Positions 34,481 to 43,945 of a DNA stretch of 64,000 nt are shown in pieces. Below the pieces are notes generated by a model that did no database searches, was not told where the DNA came from, and saw only the letters and a program-made list of their open reading frames with translations. Each line of letters begins with the position of its first letter. Within the stretch, counting starts at the first letter, position 1. The stretch comes from Escherichia phage vB_EcoM_PHB13, in sequence record MK573636, one strand, 5' to 3'. A program made the translations under genes and the position numbers.

Positions 34481-36343
34481 ATGGAAAAACTAATCAAAGA
34501 CATTACAGAGATCGCAACGGGTAAAGAAAACGAAGTAAGCAAAGAGAACGCGAACAAAGACGCGCGAACATTCCCGACACGTCGAGATCTGATTGCTGGT
34601 GCTGTGTCTAAACAGATTGCTAAAACCGTGTTACCTGAGCACATCTATAAAGCGCATGTAGACGGTGACATTCATTATCATGATATGGATTATGCACCCG
34701 CTATGCCGTTTACTAACTGCTGTCTTGTTAATCTCAAAGACATGTTAGAGAATGGTTTTAAATTGGGTAGCGCACAAATCGAAAGTCCGAAATCAATCGG
34801 CGTTGCTTGTGCTGTAACCGCTCAAATTATCGCACAGGTGGCAAGTCATCAATATGGCGGGACCACAATCGCAAACATCGACCAGGTGTTAGCGCCGTAT
34901 GTTAAGAAAACATATCATAAACACCTTGCTGATGCCGAAGCCTACGGAATCAAAGCTGATACTCTCTATGCACAAGAGAAAACAGAAAAAGAAACGTTAG
35001 ACGGATATCAGGCGTTGGAATATGAGATCAACACTTTGTTCTCTACCAACGGTCAAACACCTTTTGTGACTTTAACCTTTGGTATGGGTACTAGCTGGGA
35101 AGAAAAACTGATTCAGAAAGCGATCCTGAAAGTTCGAACTAAAGGTTTAGGTAAAGACGGTATAACTCCGGTGTTTCCTAAGCTGGTGATGTTCTTAGAA
35201 GAAGGATTAAACCTTAAACCGGAAGATCCGAACTACGACATTAAGCAACTTGCATTGGAATGTTCTAGTAAGCGTCTTTACCCTGATTATATCTCTGCGA
35301 AGAATAACCGTAGCATCACTGGATCTAGTGTTCCGGTTAGCCCGATGGGTTGTCGTAGCTTCCTGGGTGTGTGGCATAATGATAAAGGCGAGGAAGTATT
35401 AGACGGACGTAATAACTTAGGTGTTGTGACTCTGAATCTTCCGCGTATTGCCCTTATTGCCGCTCGTCGTGCTGGTAAAGCGTCTGTAATGCGCAGAATT
35501 GAGCTATTCGAACAAGAGCTAGCTAATCGTATGCCTATTTGCTTTGATGCGCTCATGAGTCGCGTAGACGCTTTAAAAGGGGCTAAAGCCAATGTTGCTC
35601 CGGTGCTGTATACAGAAGGTGCATTTTTCCGTATTCATCAAAACGATGAAATTTTGGAAGTGTTGAAAGATGGTCGCGCTAGTATCTCTCTTGGGTATAT
35701 TGGTTTACATGAGGTATTGAGCGTCCTGTTTGGTGTTCATCCGTTTGATTCGGAAGATGCGCAGCGATACGGTAAACATATTCTTAAGATCTTGCGTCAT
35801 TATACTGAAAAATGGAAGGATGAAACCGGACTTGGGTTTAGTCTTTACGGTACGCCAGCCGAGAGCCTTTGCTATCGATTTAATCGACTGGATCGAGAGC
35901 AATTTGGTATTGTTAAGGGTGCTACCGATAAAGACTGGTACACCAACTCATTCCACCTTGACGTAGACCGGAAAGTCACACCATTTGAGAAAATCGACTT
36001 TGAGAAAGATTATCACTGGCTGGCGTCCGGTGGCATGATCTCTTATGTTGAGTTCCCAGACATGAAAAACAACCTGAAAGGTCTTGAAACTGTAGTAGAC
36101 TATGCAATGGATAAATTGCACTACTTCGGTGTTAATACTCCTTCTGATGTATGTCATGTATGCGGATCTAATAAGGAAATGAGAGCGACCGAGTCTGGTT
36201 TTGTTTGCCCTGATTGCGGCAATGACAATCTGGAAAAGATGAATGTTATCCGTCGCGTTAGTGGATATCTTGGATCTGTTGATCTGCGTCCATTCAACCA
36301 CGGGAAACACTCCGAGATGGTAAACCGCGTTAAGCACATGTAA
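34481..36343 (+). CDS. nrdD: anaerobic ribonucleoside-triphosphate reductase NrdD
   Basis: 620 aa; class III RNR size with C-terminal zinc ribbon (CHVCG...CPDCG) and glycyl-radical region (RRVSGYLGS). Uninterrupted reading frame, no intron. Confidence 0.9.
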   Translation: MEKLIKDITEIATGKENEVSKENANKDARTFPTRRDLIAGAVSKQIAKTVLPEHIYKAHVDGDIHYHDMDYAPAMPFTNCCLVNLKDMLENGFKLGSAQIESPKSIGVACAVTAQIIAQVASHQYGGTTIANIDQVLAPYVKKTYHKHLADAEAYGIKADTLYAQEKTEKETLDGYQALEYEINTLFSTNGQTPFVTLTFGMGTSWEEKLIQKAILKVRTKGLGKDGITPVFPKLVMFLEEGLNLKPEDPNYDIKQLALECSSKRLYPDYISAKNNRSITGSSVPVSPMGCRSFLGVWHNDKGEEVLDGRNNLGVVTLNLPRIALIAARRAGKASVMRRIELFEQELANRMPICFDALMSRVDALKGAKANVAPVLYTEGAFFRIHQNDEILEVLKDGRASISLGYIGLHEVLSVLFGVHPFDSEDAQRYGKHILKILRHYTEKWKDETGLGFSLYGTPAESLCYRFNRLDREQFGIVKGATDKDWYTNSFHLDVDRKVTPFEKIDFEKDYHWLASGGMISYVEFPDMKNNLKGLETVVDYAMDKLHYFGVNTPSDVCHVCGSNKEMRATESGFVCPDCGNDNLEKMNVIRRVSGYLGSVDLRPFNHGKHSEMVNRVKHM

Positions 36344-36349
36344 TTTTCA

Positions 36350-36381
36350 GCCGATCCGAAAGGGTCGGCTTTTTCGTTTTT
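36350..36381 (+). terminator. intrinsic terminator after nrdD
   Basis: GCCGATCCGAAAGGGTCGGC hairpin plus T-tract. Confidence 0.65.
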
Positions 36382-36386
36382 GGGTG

Positions 36387-36414
36387 TTGACAACCTGATT
36401 AGCTAATGTATAAT
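36387..36414 (+). promoter_or_regulatory. sigma70-type early promoter cassette
   Basis: TTGACA-N16-TATAAT followed by ...CATCGAAAACAACGAGAGG...ATG. Confidence 0.6.
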
Positions 36415-36443
36415 GCTCACATCGAAAACAACGAGAGGACAAC

Positions 36444-36986
36444 ATGATGATGATGTTTTGTGTACTGAGCAAAGAAGTTAAACTTCGTAAACTGGAAATT
36501 GGCGATGGTGTTGTTGTTAAAATGCACGCTAGCACATTGGCTAGTTTTAATTTAAAGGAAAGTTTTTTTATTAGAGGAACGGTGGTTAATGTCTGCTGGA
36601 GTCAAGGCGAAGGAATCCGTAGCTTTTGCGTAATTGACGATGATAATAACCTGTATGTGATTCGCTATCATAATAATTCTGTATTGGTCTATACCGACAA
36701 TTCACGAGAATTATATACTCTTGAATTTGTTAAGCGTACTGATTGCGACCGATTTGTTCGTGCTTATGAAGAAGATGGCTGTTTTGCGACTGAAACAGAA
36801 ACAAATGAATATGTTCCTATGGAAGTAGGAGCAGAAATTAAACACAAGATCACGGATCGTATTTTTAAGGTTGTGGCGGTTGCTCATACTCAATTTGTAG
36901 CGCAAGCGCCGGATGAAGAATTTATTATCTACAATATTGGTAATGCAAGTTCTCATTTTCATAATGTACTATATCGCGACCTTTGA
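36444..36986 (+). CDS. hypothetical protein
   Basis: 180 aa between nrdD and nrdG, where T4 has mobC / I-TevIII; no nuclease motif recognised. Confidence 0.45.
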   Translation: MMMMFCVLSKEVKLRKLEIGDGVVVKMHASTLASFNLKESFFIRGTVVNVCWSQGEGIRSFCVIDDDNNLYVIRYHNNSVLVYTDNSRELYTLEFVKRTDCDRFVRAYEEDGCFATETETNEYVPMEVGAEIKHKITDRIFKVVAVAHTQFVAQAPDEEFIIYNIGNASSHFHNVLYRDL

Positions 36987-37003
36987 TAATGTGTGAGGTG
37001 AAT

Positions 37004-37531
37004 ATGAAATCATTAAACCGTAAGCGTAAAGCACAACGACACAAAGAACTAGCTAAAAAGATTGCTATTGAACTGGTTGAGCGTGAGGATAGCTATTTGT
37101 CTACGGGTCGTTTGTATACATTCCATGCATTGATTGATGGTAAGCCAGTGTTGCATAATCATGATTGTTTGGCACTGTTTCACGAAATCAAACCAATTCA
37201 TCGTGAATGGGATGACAACAAAGCAAAAGGTCAATATTTCCTTACTTGTTCGTGTGGTCATGCTGGATGTGCTGGATATTGGGAACCTGTTACTATCCGT
37301 GAGAAAAATGATACCATTCAATGGGTCGCCCGTACCCGCGATGGTTATGATAAAGGTGCTGATGGTACTGGAGATAACGTAGTTTACTTTAATCGTGATT
37401 GGTATTATATGGCGCGATGTATGATCCTGTTTTATCTTGACTCGATGCCGTATGAATATTTCAGTTTCCAGAATGGGACCGAACTGACAGGGAAGGAATG
37501 GTCTGACTACATTCGAAAAAATTTAAAATAA
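37004..37531 (+). CDS. hypothetical protein
   Basis: About 175 aa from GAGGTGAAT-ATG; contains CSCGHAGCAG. Confidence 0.45.
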   Translation: MKSLNRKRKAQRHKELAKKIAIELVEREDSYLSTGRLYTFHALIDGKPVLHNHDCLALFHEIKPIHREWDDNKAKGQYFLTCSCGHAGCAGYWEPVTIREKNDTIQWVARTRDGYDKGADGTGDNVVYFNRDWYYMARCMILFYLDSMPYEYFSFQNGTELTGKEWSDYIRKNLK

Positions 37532-37535
37532 ATGC

Positions 37536-37564
37536 TTGACGGGGATCGCGAGATCCCCTATACT
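37536..37564 (+). promoter_or_regulatory. sigma70-type early promoter cassette with spacer palindrome
   Basis: TGCTTGACG-GGGATCGCGAGATCCCC-TATACT followed by ...ACGAGATAC...AGGAGAATCAAAT-ATG. Confidence 0.55.
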
Positions 37565-37606
37565 ATATTCATCAAGACGAGATACAACTTTACAGGAGAA
37601 TCAAAT

Positions 37607-37759
37607 ATGTGGACTTTACTGATTTGGGAAACTGAAAACGCACAAGTAGAAATCCGTGAATACGAATACCTAAGCCCAGCTTATCTATTAGCATCTCGCG
37701 GTGGTTACTATAAAGCGCAGATTGTAAACGAGTTCGGGGTAATTGAATATGAGTTCTGA
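37607..37759 (+). CDS. small hypothetical protein (50 aa)
   Basis: ATG at consensus distance from the cassette SD; the ORF-track start at 37532 lies in the promoter. Confidence 0.4.
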   Translation: MWTLLIWETENAQVEIREYEYLSPAYLLASRGGYYKAQIVNEFGVIEYEF

Positions 37760-38252
37760 TACATACGGCAAACTACGCTATGCCGATATTAAAGATTGTG
37801 ATATGGTTAACGGTGAGGGAGTGAGAGTCTCCCTTTACGTTACCGGATGTTCACACGCATGTGATGGTTGCTTTAATGCTAGCCTACTCAATCCTAAGAA
37901 CGGGGAACCATTCACCGATGATACAATGGGATTGATTCTGGATCTGCTTAGACCTGATTTTATTCAGGGGCTAACATTCTTAGGTGGCGATCCACTGTAT
38001 AAACGCAATTTAAAGGGTGTACAGCGGATCATCGATGAAGTAAAATCATGGATGCCAAATAAAGATATTTGGCTATGGTCTGGTTATACCCTTGACCAAT
38101 TGAATGATGAGCAAAGAAAAATTGTAGAATCAGTTGACATGTTCATCGATGGGCGTTATATTAAAGATATGCCAACGAAGAAGCCGTGGCGGGGGTCTGA
38201 CAATCAAGTACAATACAAGATTGTTAATAGTATTCCAGTGAAAATTATTTGA
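37743..38252 (+). CDS. nrdG: anaerobic RNR activating protein NrdG (radical SAM)
   Basis: 169 aa with radical-SAM Cx3Cx2C cluster motif (GCSHACDGC) and NrdG size; T4 order nrdD-nrdG. Confidence 0.8.
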   Translation: MNMSSDTYGKLRYADIKDCDMVNGEGVRVSLYVTGCSHACDGCFNASLLNPKNGEPFTDDTMGLILDLLRPDFIQGLTFLGGDPLYKRNLKGVQRIIDEVKSWMPNKDIWLWSGYTLDQLNDEQRKIVESVDMFIDGRYIKDMPTKKPWRGSDNQVQYKIVNSIPVKII

Positions 38253-38262
38253 GGTGATTATT

Positions 38263-38790
38263 ATGGAATGGGAAGTTGGTAAAACTTACAAGATTGAATG
38301 CGAAGCGTCGAAAGCCGAACTGACTAAATTTTCGTCGTCTATTAACAGATGTATTGTTGACTTGTTGGCTGGTCGCCCGTTTAGGGTAGAAGACCTTGAC
38401 GATGATGGTGATGTTAGAGAAATTACTATTATTGGTAGTAATTTCGACTCTATGACGTTAAAAGAATCCCCTATTGGCTGTTCCGGTGTGTGGTTTTGGT
38501 CGGGTGAGCGTCGTTTCTTTACCGAAGTTACTATTGAACCTAAGATTCCAGATTCGGAAGAAAAAGAAGAAGACCTAACTTTAGAACGCCTGGGTCTGCT
38601 TATGGAAGCCTACGACATTCAGTTGATCGATAAGATGGGGTTACATAATAGCATTGCCAAAATTACTACCCTAGAAGGTATTAAGAGCGTGCTTGATGGT
38701 ATGCCTAGCCGGATCGGTGCTATCCGAGAATACAAGCAAACGCGCGACCGTATGATCCAATTAGAATCACGTATCAAAAATGAGAGATGA
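38263..38790 (+). CDS. WExGKTY-family protein (paralog 1)
   Basis: About 175 aa starting MEWEVGKTYK. Confidence 0.45.
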   Translation: MEWEVGKTYKIECEASKAELTKFSSSINRCIVDLLAGRPFRVEDLDDDGDVREITIIGSNFDSMTLKESPIGCSGVWFWSGERRFFTEVTIEPKIPDSEEKEEDLTLERLGLLMEAYDIQLIDKMGLHNSIAKITTLEGIKSVLDGMPSRIGAIREYKQTRDRMIQLESRIKNER

Positions 38791-38794
38791 TATT

Positions 38795-39259
38795 ATGAAA
38801 TGGGAAGCTGGTAAGACCTATGCGTGGAAAGATGTAAAAGATGCAAACCAATTTTTTAAATGGTATGATGTTGATTATTTGAAATATCTGAGATTACCGT
38901 TTAAAGTTGCGTCGGTTGATGCGAAAAAAGGATACGTGCGGTCTGTTTATCTTCATGATGGAACTTATATGAGTTCAACCGATGTAGGTCTATCTTGTTG
39001 GTTTCTGGATCATGACCGTAGCAGATTTGAAGAAATTATTATTCCAGAAGAATCTAAATTAATTGATCTTCTCAAGTTGGCGATGGATAATTATAAAATC
39101 CGCTTTGAATGCAAATCACATGCGGCTATCGGTGCTAACGCCTTGCGTCATATCTCCAGTTTTGAAGAGTTGAAAGATTTTCTTGACAAAATGCCGGAAA
39201 GGGTGCAAGCTATACAGGAAGCAGAGAAAGCATTAAACGAACTTGATAAAATCGGTTAA
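38795..39259 (+). CDS. WExGKTY-family protein (paralog 2)
   Basis: About 154 aa starting MKWEAGKTYAWKD. Confidence 0.45.
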   Translation: MKWEAGKTYAWKDVKDANQFFKWYDVDYLKYLRLPFKVASVDAKKGYVRSVYLHDGTYMSSTDVGLSCWFLDHDRSRFEEIIIPEESKLIDLLKLAMDNYKIRFECKSHAAIGANALRHISSFEELKDFLDKMPERVQAIQEAEKALNELDKIG

Positions 39260-39271
39260 GGGGAATATATT

Positions 39272-40096
39272 ATGAAATGGGAAATTGGTAAAACTTACAC
39301 CTGGAAAGACGAAAACGCTAAAACTGAGTTTATTACTAACGGAGAAGGTGTTCTTTCTCCACTTAACAGCGATATTAGTGCAGCTATTGGTGACAAGCCA
39401 TTTACCATCATCGAGATCGAGGGTAACGGTTGGATTGATGCAATAGAGCTAGACGGTGTTTATCATACGGCGAAAACTGCTACAGGAAAAGACATTTGGA
39501 AGTCAACATATTTGTTTAGTCCATTTGATAGAAAATTCTTTCGTGAAGTTGAAGAAGTTCCCCAGAAATGGGAAGTTGGTAAAACTTATACTTGGAAAGA
39601 TATTAAGGCTATGACCGACTTCTGTCATTATGCCGAAAACGTATCTAACCTTAATTATGTTATTGCACGAGCAATAAATTATAGACCTTTTACTGTTAAA
39701 AATGTTCGTCCATGTGGGCAAATTGATGTAATTGAAATTGATGGTAAAGACCATACTCTAATGAGCGCAACCGAAGATAGAGACCATAAAGGAACTAGCT
39801 GGTTTATTGATTCTGATAGAAAATTCTTTCGTGAAGTAGAAGAATTGGAAGTTATAACCACTGATTCTAAGATCGTTGGACAGTTGAAACGTCTGTTTAG
39901 TAGTCGTTACGGCCTGACAATGGTTAAATTTGGCGAAGCAAATGAAGGTAAAACCTTTGAACGTTTCGATGATTTCATTTCGGCACTTGACAAGATGGAT
40001 GAAATCATGCAAGATCGCCAGAAGATTAAAGACCTTCAAGAAGACATTAAACGTCGTGAAGTTGAATTTTTGATTGGTAAAGAGCGAGGATGGTAA
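39272..40096 (+). CDS. WExGKTY-family protein (paralog 3, internally duplicated)
   Basis: 274 aa with two copies of the module (MKWEIGKTYTWKD... and ...QKWEVGKTYTWKD..., each ending DRKFFREVEE). Confidence 0.45.
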   Translation: MKWEIGKTYTWKDENAKTEFITNGEGVLSPLNSDISAAIGDKPFTIIEIEGNGWIDAIELDGVYHTAKTATGKDIWKSTYLFSPFDRKFFREVEEVPQKWEVGKTYTWKDIKAMTDFCHYAENVSNLNYVIARAINYRPFTVKNVRPCGQIDVIEIDGKDHTLMSATEDRDHKGTSWFIDSDRKFFREVEELEVITTDSKIVGQLKRLFSSRYGLTMVKFGEANEGKTFERFDDFISALDKMDEIMQDRQKIKDLQEDIKRREVEFLIGKERGW

Positions 40097-40097
40097 T

Positions 40098-40583
40098 ATG
40101 TTTGTTGCTGGCGTGACCTATCAGTGGAAAGATAAGAAAACGAGAGAAGATTTTGCAAACTTTAGCGTTGCAAATGATGCAATAGCAGAGTTTATCGGCG
40201 ACCGTCCATTTAAAGTTATTGCATTTGATCACCACCATGCATCGGATGTGAATTATGTTTCTGTGATTGAAATTGATGGCACGGTATACACCTGCTGCAA
40301 TGTTGATGATGTACGGGAATACGCGCACAACTGGTTTTTGCAATCAGAAGAACGTCATTTTAAAGTGGTATCGGCAGAGCTATCATCCGAAGCAATGTTG
40401 GAACAATTTTTCAACAACTACGAAGTTTCTGTACGTCGCTATGGCGAAGAAGAAGTGTTTAAAATCGATGATTACAATCAGTTTAAACGAGTATTCGCCA
40501 CTAAGTTACAGCGTGATTTTGAACGCGAGAAGCGCATCAAGGAACTGGAAGAAGAATTGGAAAGATTAAAGGCTGAGAAATGA
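40098..40583 (+). CDS. WExGKTY-family protein (paralog 4)
   Basis: About 161 aa starting MFVAGVTYQWKD. Confidence 0.45.
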   Translation: MFVAGVTYQWKDKKTREDFANFSVANDAIAEFIGDRPFKVIAFDHHHASDVNYVSVIEIDGTVYTCCNVDDVREYAHNWFLQSEERHFKVVSAELSSEAMLEQFFNNYEVSVRRYGEEEVFKIDDYNQFKRVFATKLQRDFEREKRIKELEEELERLKAEK

Positions 40584-40849
40584 TCGAGATATACGGTATA
40601 CCGAAAGAGGCTTATCATTGTTATGGTTGTATTAGTGCAATGAAGCTACTGGATGATCTGGGTATTCCGTATACACTTAAACCAGTATTCAAGCAGGTCG
40701 GGGTTGACATTATTCCCGACCGTGATATGATTGAAGAACTGGCGGGGAGGCTAAACTCAAAGAGCCTCCGGTTTGTATACCCCCAGATATTCATTGACAA
40801 CGAGCACATTGGAGGCTATAAAGAACTGAGGGCGATTTATGATTATTGA
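40580..40849 (+). CDS. nrdH: glutaredoxin-like protein NrdH
   Basis: 89 aa with CYGC redox motif and C-terminal PQIFIDNEHIGGY glutaredoxin signature; T4 nrdH position. Confidence 0.7.
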   Translation: MIEIYGIPKEAYHCYGCISAMKLLDDLGIPYTLKPVFKQVGVDIIPDRDMIEELAGRLNSKSLRFVYPQIFIDNEHIGGYKELRAIYDY

Positions 40850-40997
40850 GAATTTAGTTTCGGTGTTCATTATTGCTTTATTTGCTATAATGACTTTACC
40901 GTTGAAGAAGTGTAAACACTGTAACGGAACAGGATTGCGTGGTGATGGGTGTTGCGCTCATTGTCATGGATCTGGTAAAGTAAGTATCATTAAGTAA
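40839..40997 (+). CDS. small membrane-anchored protein with DnaJ-type zinc-finger repeats (52 aa)
   Basis: Sub-cutoff ORF: N-terminal TM helix followed by two CxxCxGxG repeats (CKHCNGTG, CAHCHGSG). Start overlaps the end of nrdH in another frame. Confidence 0.35.
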   Translation: MIIENLVSVFIIALFAIMTLPLKKCKHCNGTGLRGDGCCAHCHGSGKVSIIK

Positions 40998-41018
40998 TTC
41001 TTGAGTGAGGAATATATT

Positions 41019-41306
41019 ATGTTAGTACACAATGCAATCGCACACATGGTTTATTCTCGATTTGGGCGCAGGGAAGAAATCAATATTACCGACGCAGATT
41101 TAGATCTGATGCAAGTAGAAGGTCAGACATATCTGAAAAATAACGGCGTGAATATCGGTAAAGCGCGTGTGCGTGAATTGTTGGTTGAATATATTCTCTC
41201 TGAATTTGGCATTAGTGCTTTCGGTGTGAAAGAGCTTGCACCTAAGCGCGAAATTTCTGATAAAATGATCAAGAAATGCCAGAAAGCACGACGTAAGGGT
41301 TTCTAA
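41019..41306 (+). CDS. hypothetical protein
   Basis: About 95 aa from GAGGAATATATT-ATG; stop overlaps the start of the NTPase gene. Confidence 0.45.
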   Translation: MLVHNAIAHMVYSRFGRREEINITDADLDLMQVEGQTYLKNNGVNIGKARVRELLVEYILSEFGISAFGVKELAPKREISDKMIKKCQKARRKGF

Positions 41307-42775
41307 TGAAGATTGAAACATTAATCGCATTGCCAGCGGCGGGGAAAACTGATGCTATACTTTCCCACGTCCTAGAGACAAAAGAAAAAGCGGTTATTGC
41401 TTCGCCATCTCGTGTTTTAAGTGAACAATCTTACAATAAGTTTAAAAGAATGGGCGGTCGTGCTGTCTTGATCGATAGCACAAGACTAAGAAGCCTTAAG
41501 ACAGTGCAAGCGTCGATAATGCAATCAGTTAAAGACGGTGCTGATGTGATATTCATTACACATACAGCGTTATCTAATATGGAACGTTCAAAAATGTTTG
41601 GTGAATATGCTCTTTACATTGATGAAGTTCCTCAACTGGTTGAATTTAATGAGTATCCGTTTAAGTCTAATCTTGAACTTATCACGAAGCATTGCGAACC
41701 AATCGCCGACGAATCGGAATGCCTACAGAACTTAGTTCTAAAAGACTCTGAGAAGGCCGCTATCAAAGAAAAGATAGAAAGTGCAAAGGATGGTACTGAT
41801 ATGATCGATTCTTCTCTTAGAGGGCTTTATGAGGCGTTATTAGAGAAGAAAATCAACGTTATGGTAAAACATAACGAAGGACACCGGAAGAATGGGTCGA
41901 AAATTGTTTTCTTGAACGATAACAAACACGGTACGTGGGGAGACTTTAAAAAGGTTACGATAGCATGTGCAAATCTCTTTGATACATATAGCGGGAAGTA
42001 TCTACGATACTATGCAAATTGCGATTTTGTTCCGAGTGCGCTAGAATCCAGACTATATTTCAAAGAGTATAAAAATACAGATAGAGTTAATATCATCCTT
42101 ATGACGGACTCCGAACGATGGTCGCGTCACCAGTCAGAAACAAACAATACCTTTGAACGTCTTGTTGATATGGTTAAAAATGAATGTGGTGATGACTTCA
42201 TTTATACCGTGAATCGGGACCGTGAAGCGTGCACAAATGGTATTGGCGAGCGGATACCTTACGGATCTTATGGTCTTAACTCTTACATTCATCATAAAAA
42301 TGTTGCTGTGATGTTCAGCTTTAACCCTCAACGATGGGAGATTGATATTTTAAAAGGTCTTGCTAATAGTTGTGATCTCCCGACAAATGAGTTTTTGAAA
42401 GCGCGTCATGTGTCTGATTATCTGGAACCAGCATTTCAATTATGTTTGCGTTGTAACCTGAGAGACAACGAGAGCAAGGAGAATGTTAATCTATATGTTC
42501 CTGATTGGGCGTTGGTAGATTATCTAAAAACGTTTCTACCTAATGCCAATGTAATAACAGACAGAATGATTCCGCTAGAATGTGGTGAGCGTAAAGGGCG
42601 AAAATCATTTAAAAAGATGTTCGATTTTAACGAGCAAGAGAATGCAAGATTTAACGGATTTAAGTACCGCATGAAGAAAAAGGGAAAAACTCTTGATCCG
42701 TCTGACGGTGAATCAGTAGAGATGGTTAGAGTGTGGATAACTAAGCAAAGAAAGTATAATGGCAATGGGGAATAG
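41306..42775 (+). CDS. P-loop NTPase of unknown function
   Basis: 489 aa; Walker A-like LPAAGKT near the N-terminus and Walker B-like ALYIDEV about 95 residues later; no further helicase motifs recognised. Lies between nrdH and gene 55, where T4 has only small 55.x ORFs. Confidence 0.5.
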   Translation: MKIETLIALPAAGKTDAILSHVLETKEKAVIASPSRVLSEQSYNKFKRMGGRAVLIDSTRLRSLKTVQASIMQSVKDGADVIFITHTALSNMERSKMFGEYALYIDEVPQLVEFNEYPFKSNLELITKHCEPIADESECLQNLVLKDSEKAAIKEKIESAKDGTDMIDSSLRGLYEALLEKKINVMVKHNEGHRKNGSKIVFLNDNKHGTWGDFKKVTIACANLFDTYSGKYLRYYANCDFVPSALESRLYFKEYKNTDRVNIILMTDSERWSRHQSETNNTFERLVDMVKNECGDDFIYTVNRDREACTNGIGERIPYGSYGLNSYIHHKNVAVMFSFNPQRWEIDILKGLANSCDLPTNEFLKARHVSDYLEPAFQLCLRCNLRDNESKENVNLYVPDWALVDYLKTFLPNANVITDRMIPLECGERKGRKSFKKMFDFNEQENARFNGFKYRMKKKGKTLDPSDGESVEMVRVWITKQRKYNGNGE

Positions 42776-42815
42776 CCCGAAAGGGTTATTTCCTAAATAA
42801 TAGCGAGGGTGCGAA

Positions 42816-43349
42816 GTGTCTGATTATGTAAACAATAAAGAGCTTTACGAAGAAATTTGCCGTTGGAAACAACAAATTGCAGCAGAAGGTCGGCAAGTTC
42901 CAATGAGCGATCAAATCGGCCTAGCAATTATGCAAATCTCTAAAAATCTATCACGTCGTTTTAACTTTTCTGGTTATAGTCAAACATGGCGCGAAGAAAT
43001 GATCGACGACGGAATCGAAGCGGCGGTCAAGGGTTTGATTAATTTTGACGAGACAAAGTATAAAAATCCTCATGCTTACATCACGCAAGCGTGCTTTAAT
43101 GCTTTTGTACAGCGCATTAAAAAAGAGAGAACAGCGACAGCCGCAAAATACAAATATTTTGTGCATCATGTATATGACGAACGCGACGCTGATATGTGCC
43201 AGATTGCTGATGAGGCATTCATACAGGACATTTACGATAAAATCAACAACTACGAGGAATCGGTCAATAAACCGAAAGCGCCAAAGGTTGAAGATGTATT
43301 GACTGAGGAATTGCCTAGCCTGGACCAATTTTATGAGATTGAAAATTAA
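42816..43349 (+). CDS. 55: late-transcription sigma factor gp55
   Basis: 177 aa (GTG start); size, order (nrdH...55...47) and conserved central region ([21 protein letters not shown]...[15 protein letters not shown]) fit T4 gp55. Confidence 0.8.
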   Translation: MSDYVNNKELYEEICRWKQQIAAEGRQVPMSDQIGLAIMQISKNLSRRFNFSGYSQTWREEMIDDGIEAAVKGLINFDETKYKNPHAYITQACFNAFVQRIKKERTATAAKYKYFVHHVYDERDADMCQIADEAFIQDIYDKINNYEESVNKPKAPKVEDVLTEELPSLDQFYEIEN

Positions 43350-43566
43350 CATTTCCCGTTTGCTGGAAGAAGCAGAGTTTGAAACTGACCTCGTGCCGTA
43401 TTTCGCCAAATTATTTTTGAGAGATTGCGGCGTTCCGGTGATTATCGATCCGTGCAATATCAAATCACCGGATCTTGAGGTCTTGACGGGTACAATCTCA
43501 CATAGCTATAATGTATCAGAAGATGAATTTTCTTTAATAATTGATTATATCCCAGAGGTAAAATAA
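43333..43566 (+). CDS. hypothetical protein
   Basis: 77 aa. Confidence 0.4.
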   Translation: MRLKINISRLLEEAEFETDLVPYFAKLFLRDCGVPVIIDPCNIKSPDLEVLTGTISHSYNVSEDEFSLIIDYIPEVK

Positions 43567-43567
43567 C

Positions 43568-43855
43568 ATGACTTACGATGAACAGCATGACAAGATTGCA
43601 GTGAATGAAGTAGACAAAGTACAAGCAGAACTAGAGGCTAAAGCCGCTAAGAAAGCGGAAAAGATCTTGCGTAAGAACTCGCGAGAGATTGCACGACTTA
43701 AGCGGTGGGCTGAACAAGCTATCATCGATGATAACCGTGATGCGTATATCTACGCTATCGGAAAGTTACGTGATATCTACAAACAGCCACACACGCCAGA
43801 ACTGCTTTCTGCTATGTGGATTAGTACACGGCAAACGGTATTAAGTATGCTGTAA
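43568..43855 (+). CDS. hypothetical protein
   Basis: 95 aa, basic and helical. Confidence 0.4.
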   Translation: MTYDEQHDKIAVNEVDKVQAELEAKAAKKAEKILRKNSREIARLKRWAEQAIIDDNRDAYIYAIGKLRDIYKQPHTPELLSAMWISTRQTVLSML

Positions 43856-43945
43856 TGGCTTTATAAGGGAGACTCCGAAAGGGGTTTCCCTTTTTATTTT
43901 TCTGTGATATAGTGAGAGCATCGAAAACGAAGAGAGGAAGAGACT

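Noticed and set aside
34481-36343. Looked for a group I intron or intein interrupting nrdD, as T4 nrdD carries an intron
   Set aside because: The reading frame is continuous for 620 codons, with no long non-coding interruption.
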